Assembly (NCBI GenBank): GCA_018303515.1
Contig: JAGVXZ010000004.1
Location: 1-36,126 of the forward strand
DNA length: 36,126 nucleotides
Direction of reading: 5' to 3'
Origin: Candidatus Woesearchaeota archaeon
GTDB taxonomy: Archaea; Nanobdellota; Nanobdellia; SCGC-AAA011-G17; GW2011-AR18
Positions 25,608 through 32,743 of the stretch are shown piece after piece. A program made the translations under genes and the position numbers. The stretch's first letter is position 1. The number at the start of each line of letters is the position of its first letter. The notes under the pieces were generated by a model. The model did no database searches and was not told the origin of the DNA. It saw only the letters and a list, made by a program, of their open reading frames with translations.

Positions 25608-26071
25608 AAATTGCTGTAGTTCAAGTAAGGGGAGCAATTAATATGACTAGAAAAGTAAAAGATACTTTGAAGTTTTTAAAATTGATACGAAAAAATAGTT
25701 GTGTGATTGTAGAGTTAACAGATTCTGTGAAAGGAATGTTATTAAAGGTTAAAGATTATGTTACCTGGGGTGAGATTGATAAAGAAACTGCTAAGGAATT
25801 ATTAGCAAAAAGAGGAAGGATAGTTGGAAATAAATCTTTAACAGAAAATTACCTTAAAGAAAAAGTTAAGTTAGATTTTGATGGGTTTGTTAATGAATTT
25901 TTTGAAGGTAAGAAAAAGTTGAAAGAAATTCCAGGTGTTAAATCTTATTTTAGATTACATCCTCCTAGAAAAGGATATGAAAGAGGTGGGATTAAAAAAC
26001 CATTTTCTTTAGGTGGTGTATTGGGTTATCGTAAGGACACAATTAATGATTTGATAAGGAGAATGATTTGA
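25604..26071 (+). CDS. rpl30: 50S ribosomal protein uL30
   Basis: IAVVQVRGAINMTRKVKDTLKFLKL, 155 aa (archaeal long form). Confidence 0.9.
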   Translation: MKIAVVQVRGAINMTRKVKDTLKFLKLIRKNSCVIVELTDSVKGMLLKVKDYVTWGEIDKETAKELLAKRGRIVGNKSLTENYLKEKVKLDFDGFVNEFFEGKKKLKEIPGVKSYFRLHPPRKGYERGGIKKPFSLGGVLGYRKDTINDLIRRMI

Positions 26072-26253
26072 AGATGGAGAATGTTATTAAAACTCTTATA
26101 AGATATGATCAATTTTCTGCAAGTTTGTTAGTAGGAGTTAGAGTGAGTCCAAGAGAGTTAGAACTTGTGAGATCTGATTCAAATGCAGAGTTAATTAATT
26201 TGTATATTCAAAGAGCAAAAGATTCTGGAAGGATGAGAGATGGTAGTTCATAA
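26068..26253 (+). CDS. unrecognised small protein wedged between uL30 and uL15 (probable start ATG 26074)
   Basis: A 59-61 aa ORF fills the entire uL30-uL15 spacer. Its start abuts or overlaps the uL30 stop and its end overlaps the uL15 start by 14 nt. No TM segment and no recognisable family. Confidence 0.4.
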   Translation: MKMENVIKTLIRYDQFSASLLVGVRVSPRELELVRSDSNAELINLYIQRAKDSGRMRDGSS

Positions 26254-26683
26254 AAGAAAAAAAGTTGAAAAATTTAGAGCAAAAACTACTCATGGTTATG
26301 GTAGTATGAAGAAAAATAGAGGAGCTGGTAACAGAGGTGGAAGAGGTATGGCTGGTTCTGGAAAGAGGGCAGATCAGAAGAAACCAAAAATTTTAAAGGA
26401 ATTTGGTACAAGTTATTTTGGTAAAAAAGGTTTTAAGAGGCCAGGTAGTTTTACTAATAATATTATTAATGTTGGTGATATTAAAAAATATGTGGAAAAA
26501 GACTTAGTTTTAAAAGAAGGCGACTCTTTTGTATTTAATGCAACTAAGTTAGGATTTGATAAAGTTCTAGGTAAAGGAAAAGTTGAAAGTAAATTCAAAG
26601 TTATTTCGCCTTCTGTTTCTGAGAGTGCAAAAAAGAAGATAGAAGCTGCAGGAGGTGAAGTTATTGGTGTCACCCCTTCTTAA
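26240..26683 (+). CDS. rpl15: 50S ribosomal protein uL15
   Basis: THGYGSMKKNRGAGNRGGRGMAGSGKR. Confidence 0.92.
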   Translation: MVVHKRKKVEKFRAKTTHGYGSMKKNRGAGNRGGRGMAGSGKRADQKKPKILKEFGTSYFGKKGFKRPGSFTNNIINVGDIKKYVEKDLVLKEGDSFVFNATKLGFDKVLGKGKVESKFKVISPSVSESAKKKIEAAGGEVIGVTPS

Positions 26684-28094
26684 TAATCTGTTGTCATTTT
26701 TTCCCGAAGTTAAAAAACCTGCAACAAAAAAATTAAGTTTTAAAGAGAAGTTGAAATGGACTTTAATAATTCTTGTAGGTTTTTATATGTTAAGTAATAT
26801 TCCTTTATTTGGTTTGGGACAAAATGAATTGGCAAGGTTTGAACAATTGTCTGTTATTCTTGGTGCATCATTTGGGTCTGTGTTATCTTTAGGAATAGGG
26901 CCTATAGTTACTGCTTCAATTGTTCTACAATTGTTAGCAGGTTCTGGAATTTTGAAAATTGATCAAACTACACATGAAGGTAGAATCTTTTTTCAAGGGA
27001 TTCAAAAATTGATGTCCATTTTTTTTATTCTTTTTGAAGCAGTAGTTTATGTATTTATGGGAGGTTTGGCTCCAGATTTGTTGTTAAGAGGAACACCTGC
27101 GTATTTTAACTTTCAATTAATTTTGGTATTGCAGTTGGTAATTGGTGGGCTTTTAGTGTTGTTTATGGATGAAATAATTAATAAATATGGTTTTGGATCA
27201 GGAATATCGTTGTTTATTGCAGCTGGTGTTTCTGCTGAGATTATAATTAGAGCAATAAGTCCATTAAATAGTCTTGGTGCATGGGCTTTTGGATCAGGGC
27301 AACCACCTGTTGGTGCAATTTTAGTTTTTTTAACTTCTTTAGTTTCTGGTGCACCTCAAGATGCGTTTTTAGCATTATTTGGAGTTTTAGCAACAGTTCT
27401 AATATTTGGAATGTCAGTCTATGCACAGGCAATGAAAGTTGAAATTCCTTTATCTTTTGGGCGTATAAGAGGTTATGGGATGAGATGGCCTTTAAATTTT
27501 CTTTATACTTCAAATATTCCTGTAATTTTAGTAGCAGCTTTAATGGCTAATGTCCAATTGTGGGCTCGTTTATTAGAGAAATGGGGATATCCTTTATTAG
27601 GAACTTATAGTGGGAATATTCCTGCTTCAGGGTTGATCCAATGGATATCACCTCCTAATATTGTTTTCAAAGCATTTACAGGTTCTTTTGAATATACATC
27701 TCTTTTTAATAATGATATTGTTCATGCTCTTGGTTATTCTTTATTTTTAATCATTGGTTCAGTTGTCTTTTCTATTTTTTGGGTTCAGACTGCTGGGATG
27801 GGTGCTTCCAGCGTTTCAAAACAAATAATGTCTTCAGGGTTGCAAATTCCAGGGTTTAGAAGGGATGAGAGAGTAATTGAAAGAATATTATCTCGTTATA
27901 TTTTTCCATTAACTGTAATGGGTGGTATTGCAATTGGGTTTTTAGCTGCGTCAGCAGATATTTTAGGAGCACTCTCAAGAGGAACGGGAATCTTGTTAGC
28001 TGTTATGATTATTTATAGATTATATGAAGAAATTGCTAAACAACATATGATGGATATGCATCCGGCTTTAAGAAAAATGATGGGTGGTGAGTAG
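26655..28094 (+). CDS. secY: preprotein translocase subunit SecY (start uncertain: GTG 26655, or TTG 26691 after the uL15 stop)
   Basis: PEVKKP...FKEKLKWT N-terminus, 10-TM pattern, GIGPIVTASIVLQLL, and its canonical position after uL15. Confidence 0.93.
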   Translation: MKLLVSPLLNNLLSFFPEVKKPATKKLSFKEKLKWTLIILVGFYMLSNIPLFGLGQNELARFEQLSVILGASFGSVLSLGIGPIVTASIVLQLLAGSGILKIDQTTHEGRIFFQGIQKLMSIFFILFEAVVYVFMGGLAPDLLLRGTPAYFNFQLILVLQLVIGGLLVLFMDEIINKYGFGSGISLFIAAGVSAEIIIRAISPLNSLGAWAFGSGQPPVGAILVFLTSLVSGAPQDAFLALFGVLATVLIFGMSVYAQAMKVEIPLSFGRIRGYGMRWPLNFLYTSNIPVILVAALMANVQLWARLLEKWGYPLLGTYSGNIPASGLIQWISPPNIVFKAFTGSFEYTSLFNNDIVHALGYSLFLIIGSVVFSIFWVQTAGMGASSVSKQIMSSGLQIPGFRRDERVIERILSRYIFPLTVMGGIAIGFLAASADILGALSRGTGILLAVMIIYRLYEEIAKQHMMDMHPALRKMMGGE

Positions 28095-28547
28095 ATGGTT
28101 TTAGAAAGTTTAAATGTGTTATTGGATAAGTGGTTTGGCTCGTTCGTTACTCAGGATCCTCTTTTAACTTTGTTAGGGATAACATTTGTAATGACTTTGA
28201 TTGTAACTCTTGCTTATAAATATTTGACTGATCAAGAGAAAATGAAATTTTTGAAAAATGAGTTAAAGGAATTACAAGATAAATCAAAAGCTGCTCAAGG
28301 TGATGCTCAAAAAATGAAAGTACATACTTCTGAAATGTGGAAAAAAAATATGGAATATATGAAACATAGTTTTGGAGTTATGTTATATACTATGATTCCA
28401 TTTATTATTTTATTTGGGTGGTTGAGAGTAACTTATACAGGGATAGATTTAAATTTCTTAGGGTTTATCCATAGTTGGCTTATAATTTACATCATTTTTT
28501 CAATGGTGTTAAGTTCGATATTAAGAAAGGTAATGAAGGTGTATTAG
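28095..28547 (+). CDS. DUF106-family membrane protein (archaeal YidC/Oxa1/EMC3-like insertase candidate)
   Basis: TM1, then a lysine-rich coiled coil (KMKFLKNELKELQDKSKAAQGDAQKMK), then TM2/TM3. Canonical position downstream of secY. Confidence 0.65.
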   Translation: MVLESLNVLLDKWFGSFVTQDPLLTLLGITFVMTLIVTLAYKYLTDQEKMKFLKNELKELQDKSKAAQGDAQKMKVHTSEMWKKNMEYMKHSFGVMLYTMIPFIILFGWLRVTYTGIDLNFLGFIHSWLIIYIIFSMVLSSILRKVMKVY

Positions 28548-28551
28548 AAAA

Positions 28552-28818
28552 ATGGTTGAAGGAAAATTAAGGTCAAGGACGAAGAGAAGAGTTTATGTTA
28601 AAACTCCAGGTGGAAAAAATGTAATTCATTATAGAGATAGGAAAACTTCAGCACCTAAATGTGGGGGTTGTAGGGAAATCTTGAAAGGAATTATTAGAGT
28701 TAAAGCGACTCTTATGAAGAATGTAAATAAAACAAGTAAGACTGTATCAAGGCCTTATGGAGGAAATTTATGTTCAAAATGTATGAGGAAGAGGATTATT
28801 GAAAAATGGTTGAAGTAG
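28552..28818 (+). CDS. rpl34e: 50S ribosomal protein eL34
   Basis: RSRTKRRVYVKTPGGK..., CGGC...CSKC zinc motif. Confidence 0.9.
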   Translation: MVEGKLRSRTKRRVYVKTPGGKNVIHYRDRKTSAPKCGGCREILKGIIRVKATLMKNVNKTSKTVSRPYGGNLCSKCMRKRIIEKWLK

Positions 28819-29219
28819 GAGCTATATGTGTGAAACTTGCTGGACGTGATGCTGGTAAAGTTTGTGTTGTAATCTCAAAAGTGGATGCTAATTATGTTAT
28901 GATTGATGGTGCAACGAGAAAGAGAAAGTGTAATATTAGACATTTACATTTTTTGGATAAATCAATCAAAATTGGAAAAACTACAAGTTCTTCTGAGGTA
29001 AGGGTTTTATTGGTTAAGGAAGGTTTTACTTTAGAAGAAAAGAAAAAAACAAAAGATAAAAAAGTTAAAAGTGAAAAACCTAAGAAAAAAAGAAAGGTTA
29101 AAGCTAAAAAAATAAATGTGAAGAATGAAGTTAAAAAAGATTCAAAGGTTGAAATTAAAAAAGAGGCCCCTAAAAAAGTTGTGAAAAAAACAGCTAAGAA
29201 GGAGTCTTCTAAGAAATGA
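28806..29219 (+). CDS. rpl14e: 50S ribosomal protein eL14 with a lysine-rich C-terminal tail of about 60 aa
   Basis: KOW-like VEVGAICVKLAGRDAGKVCVVISKVD..YVMIDG. The tail contains EVKKDSKVEIKK (29130-29160), a degenerate copy of the cassette. Confidence 0.88.
   Translation: MVEVGAICVKLAGRDAGKVCVVISKVDANYVMIDGATRKRKCNIRHLHFLDKSIKIGKTTSSSEVRVLLVKEGFTLEEKKKTKDKKVKSEKPKKKRKVKAKKINVKNEVKKDSKVEIKKEAPKKVVKKTAKKESSKK
29130..29160 (+). repeat. degenerate third copy of the tail cassette (within the eL14 tail)
   Basis: GTTAAAAAAGATTCAAAGGTTGAAATTAAAA matches copy 1 at 29/31 positions, then diverges. A shorter 18/19 match (to this eL14 copy) lies in uS3 at 19340-19358. Confidence 0.7.
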
Positions 29220-29416
29220 TTGAGTCTTATATAATTTATAGAGTAGATGTGAAAGGTGTGTTTCCTGTGGACTCATTTCCAGATAAGTCTGGAGTTTCTT
29301 ATTCCGTTTCGAAAGACTTGTTTTTTGATTATACTTTAGGTAAGTGCACTTTACGTGAGTTGTTAAGGATTTCTGAAAGATTGGCTGATAATTTAGATAT
29401 GGAAAAAATAGCATGA
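29216..29416 (+). CDS. small protein, possibly a very divergent ribosomal protein LX (eL20/L18Ae)
   Basis: 66 aa with ATGA overlaps at both ends. It lies directly upstream of pfdA, where archaea commonly encode LX. Weak resemblance (IYRVDVKGVF... / ...DYTLGK....RELLRISE) to the YRV.G.F ... YS..GS.H...R..I.I pattern. Confidence 0.3.
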   Translation: MIESYIIYRVDVKGVFPVDSFPDKSGVSYSVSKDLFFDYTLGKCTLRELLRISERLADNLDMEKIA

Positions 29417-29799
29417 AAAAAAACCAAGAGAAGAAGTTGGAATATCAAATGCTGGTGCAGCAAATTAATCAGTTACAGGAACAATTTGTTGAGGTACAAA
29501 GACAATTGGGTGAACTTGTTGAAATGAAGAAAACTCTTTCTGATTTGGGAGAGATTAGCAATGAGAGAAAAAGTTTGTTTTCTATAGGAAAAGGACTTTT
29601 TGTTAAAGGAAAATATTCTGGTGATTTTAATGTTATAGTTAATGTTGGAGCAGGTATTTGTATTGAGAAACCTCTTGAAGGTGCCAAAACTCTTATTGAA
29701 AAACAGATGGTTGAAATTGAGGGTTTTGCTATGAAAGTTCAGGATGAAATAAATTCTCTCATTCCTAATGTTGTTGAGTTACAGAAAGAATTACAATAA
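29413..29799 (+). CDS. pfdA: prefoldin alpha subunit
   Basis: N- and C-terminal coiled coils flank two beta hairpins (LFSIGKGLFVKGKY...VIVNVGAGICIEKPLEGA). Confidence 0.85.
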   Translation: MKKNQEKKLEYQMLVQQINQLQEQFVEVQRQLGELVEMKKTLSDLGEISNERKSLFSIGKGLFVKGKYSGDFNVIVNVGAGICIEKPLEGAKTLIEKQMVEIEGFAMKVQDEINSLIPNVVELQKELQ

Positions 29800-29830
29800 T
29801 CCTTTTATATTTTCTTAATATTTGTTTTTT

Positions 29831-31114
29831 ATGGATTTGTTAGATTATTATTCAAGGTCAGATGTTTTAAAGGCTTTAGTTAAACAATCAGAGAATAGAG
29901 AAATTCAATTTTGGTTAGGTGGAGTAAGGGGTCGTAGACCTGAGGTGGTGAATTTTGAAAATGATATTCTTGAAGTGATAAAAAAAGGGATGAGTTCATA
30001 TCATCTGAGTATTGAAAGATGGTATGATCCTTTAAGATTAAAAACTGGAATGAATAAAAGAGAATTAGATGAATTAAGGATGGGATGGGACCTTTTAATT
30101 GATTTAGATTCTAAATTTTTTGAGTATTCTAGAACGGCAGCTATTTTGATAATTGATGCTTTAAAGTTTTTTGATGTTAAAAACTATGGGTTAAAATTCT
30201 CTGGGAATAATGGGTTTCATATTGTAATACCATATGAGGCTTTTCCGAATGAAATAGATGGGATTAATGTTAAGGATCATTTTCCTGTTGGTCTAAAGAT
30301 AATTGTTGAATATTTGAAATCTATGATAAAAGATTATTTAATTGTTAATTTGTTGGCTTCAGGAAGTTTAGAAGAAATTGCAAAGAATATTGGGAAAGAG
30401 AAAAAGGATATTGTAAGAAATAGAGTTTTTGATCCTTTTAGTGTAGTAGATATAGATTCTGTTTTGATTTCTTCTAGACATTTGTTTAGAGGTTGTTATT
30501 CTGTAAATGAAAAGTCTGGTTTGGTAAGTGTTCCTGTTGATGATGTAAAGAATTTTATAAGAGAAAGTGCAAAAATAGATAATGTAAAAGTCAATGGTGA
30601 TTTTTTTAGTAAAAATGTTATACCTGGAGAAGCTACTAAGCTGTTAGTACAAGCTTTTGATTGGTCTAAAAAACAACCAAGAGTTTTTATAGAAATGAAG
30701 GAGAAATCAATCTCCAATAATTTTATTCCTTTGAAAGATGAAGTTAGTGAAGAATTTTTTCCTTTGTGCATTAAGAGTTTGTTAAATGGAGTTAATGAAG
30801 ATGGGCGTAAAAGAACTGTATTTATTCTAATAGGATTCCTTTCTAATATGAATTGGCCTTCTGAAAAAATAAAAAATACTCTTTTAGAATGGAATAAAAA
30901 AAATTATGAGCCTTTACCTGAGAATTATATTATCTCTCAATTAAGTTGGGCTAAAAGGCAAGAAAAAAGATTACCTCCTAATTGTGAAAATGAGATCTAT
31001 TATTCTAATCTTAAAGTTAAATGTGTTAATTGTAAATTTAAGAATCCAGTTAATTATTCTTTAAGGTTGAAGGGAATGTTAGAGAAAAATAAAAAAAGAA
31101 AAATTATGAAATAG
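29831..31114 (+). CDS. priS: DNA primase, single-chain fusion of the PriS catalytic domain and a PriL C-terminal (Fe-S) domain
   Basis: PriS motifs LLIDLDS, FSGNNGFHIVIPY, VVDIDSVLISSRHLFRGCYSVNEKSGLVSVP. C-terminal FFPLCIKSLLNGVNEDGRKRTVFILIGFL... plus PPNC, VKC and VNC cysteines match the PriL-CTD pattern FPPCI..LL....G.nl.H..RF.l..FL. ATG 29831 is preferred over TTG 29822. Confidence 0.75.
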   Translation: MDLLDYYSRSDVLKALVKQSENREIQFWLGGVRGRRPEVVNFENDILEVIKKGMSSYHLSIERWYDPLRLKTGMNKRELDELRMGWDLLIDLDSKFFEYSRTAAILIIDALKFFDVKNYGLKFSGNNGFHIVIPYEAFPNEIDGINVKDHFPVGLKIIVEYLKSMIKDYLIVNLLASGSLEEIAKNIGKEKKDIVRNRVFDPFSVVDIDSVLISSRHLFRGCYSVNEKSGLVSVPVDDVKNFIRESAKIDNVKVNGDFFSKNVIPGEATKLLVQAFDWSKKQPRVFIEMKEKSISNNFIPLKDEVSEEFFPLCIKSLLNGVNEDGRKRTVFILIGFLSNMNWPSEKIKNTLLEWNKKNYEPLPENYIISQLSWAKRQEKRLPPNCENEIYYSNLKVKCVNCKFKNPVNYSLRLKGMLEKNKKRKIMK

Positions 31115-31124
31115 GTTTAATCTT

Positions 31125-31218
31125 GGGTCGGTAGTCTAGAAAGTTAATAAAACTTGGACAATGGTATGATGTCGCCTTGACATGGCGGAGGTCGCAGGTT
31201 CAAATCCTGCTCGACCCA
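31125..31218 (+). tRNA. tRNA-Val (GAC) with a 22-nt intron in the D-loop (31140-31161)
   Basis: Manual fold. Acceptor GGGTCGG/TCGACCC; anticodon arm TCGCC-TTGACAT-GGCGG; AGGTC; T arm GCAGG-TTCAAAT-CCTGC. Removing 31140-31161 restores a canonical D arm GTCT-AGTGGTA-TGAT. Perfect BHB (see findings). Confidence 0.85.
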
Positions 31219-31264
31219 ATTTATTAGATCTTCTCAAGATGGTGTTATGTAAAATTATTTTGAT

Positions 31265-32743
31265 TTAGAACCACTTAATAACAAAAATATTGTTTTTTTC
31301 TGCTTCATTTTTAGCATAATTTAATTTATCTTTTGATTCTCCATAAATTGTAAATAGCTTTTCTCCTTCTTTAACGTTATCACTTAATTTTTTATGCATA
31401 TAAATGCCAGCACCTTTATCTGTTGGTGCACCTGCGTATTTTGCAATTCTTGAAATTAATTTAATATTTACCTCTTTAATTTTTCCACTTCTTTTAGATT
31501 TGTAATTATAAGTAAATTTACCTAATACAATGTCATTAGATTTTATTTTAGAATTTCCTCCTTGTTCTTTTATTATTTCTCTCATTTTTTTATCAGCTTT
31601 TCCAGATTCTAAAATCTCTCTTGCAATGGGTTTCTTTTTTACCATTTTAAGTAAGATATTTGAGAGTTTGATTGATTTTTCTTTTAAATCTGTGGGGCCT
31701 TTTCCTGAAAGAATTTCTAAAATATCTTTTGCTTCTAGTGCTGGACCAACTCCATTACCAATAATATCTTCTCCATTAGTGATTATTGGTTTTATTATCA
31801 TCTTTAGTTTTTTTCCTATTGCTTTGAATTTTTTTGCAAGTACTTTGGCTTCATTTTTGTTATGTTTTGCATGCTGACCTACTGGTAAGTCAATTAAAAT
31901 ATGTGTGGAATTTACTACTGATTTTTTTGCTAATATGCTTGCAAGTAGAATTCCTTCTGGGTCTAGGTCTAAAGGTTTTTCTAATTTAATAAGTAAATCA
32001 TCTGCAGATGCTAGATCTCTTGTGCCACCCCAAACTATACATGCTCCACATTTTTCTACAATTTCTTTAATTCTTTCTTTTGTATGTTCTACAGGTGCTA
32101 GAATTTCCATTGTGTCTGCGGTTCCAGCTGGAGAAGTTATTGATCTTGTAGATGTCTTAGGTATTTTTAATCCTGCTGCGGCTAAAATTGGAACAATTAT
32201 CATAGTAGTTCTATTATTTGGAACTCCACCTGTGCAGTGCTTGTCAGCAATAATCCCATTGCTTTTTATTTCAAGTTTTTTACTATTTTTAACAATGGCT
32301 TCAGTTAAAAATGCACTTTCGTCTAAACTCATTCCATGAATATAACATCCTGCTACAAAATATGATGCTTCAAATGGTGTGATATGATGATGCACTAAAT
32401 CTTTAACTATTCTAGAAATCTCCTCTTTTTCTAAGTTATAACCATCAACCTTTTTCTTAATATATTTTAATGAGTCTGGTTTATGTTCCTCAGTAATTTC
32501 GATTGGTTCCTTATCTTTTAATTTTATTTCTTTTAAAACTTCTTTGTATACACCTAAATATCCAGGGCTTATTTCTTTTTTATCATCCGTTACATCAACA
32601 AATAGGATCATGTGGGCCTTGCCTTTATGAATACTGATTCTATCTCCTGGATTAATATCAAATCTAATTGAATCTGTTTTGTGGATTAAAGCAATTAGTG
32701 GTCCACCTGTTTCAATGTTAATAAATTTTATTTTGAGTTTCAT
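31265..32743 (-). CDS. deoA: AMP phosphorylase (archaeal thymidine-phosphorylase-family enzyme with N-terminal extension)
   Basis: 492 aa. An extra N-domain of about 80 aa, DKHCTGGVPNNRTT, PKTSTRSITSPAGTADTME, IVWGG, GPALEAKD and GAPTDKGAGI. Length and architecture match archaeal AMPpase rather than bacterial DeoA. Confidence 0.8.
   Translation of the reverse strand: MKLKIKFINIETGGPLIALIHKTDSIRFDINPGDRISIHKGKAHMILFVDVTDDKKEISPGYLGVYKEVLKEIKLKDKEPIEITEEHKPDSLKYIKKKVDGYNLEKEEISRIVKDLVHHHITPFEASYFVAGCYIHGMSLDESAFLTEAIVKNSKKLEIKSNGIIADKHCTGGVPNNRTTMIIVPILAAAGLKIPKTSTRSITSPAGTADTMEILAPVEHTKERIKEIVEKCGACIVWGGTRDLASADDLLIKLEKPLDLDPEGILLASILAKKSVVNSTHILIDLPVGQHAKHNKNEAKVLAKKFKAIGKKLKMIIKPIITNGEDIIGNGVGPALEAKDILEILSGKGPTDLKEKSIKLSNILLKMVKKKPIAREILESGKADKKMREIIKEQGGNSKIKSNDIVLGKFTYNYKSKRSGKIKEVNIKLISRIAKYAGAPTDKGAGIYMHKKLSDNVKEGEKLFTIYGESKDKLNYAKNEAEKNNIFVIKWF

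Noticed and set aside
26095-26180. A possible C/D-box sRNA hidden in the uL30-uL15 spacer (TGATCA at about 26105, CTGA at about 26174, direct repeat GAGTTAGA x2).
   Set aside because: The C box is imperfect and no C'/D' pair is present. The box spacing of about 70 nt is longer than typical archaeal C/D sRNAs. An uninterrupted, tightly coupled ORF explains the spacer better.
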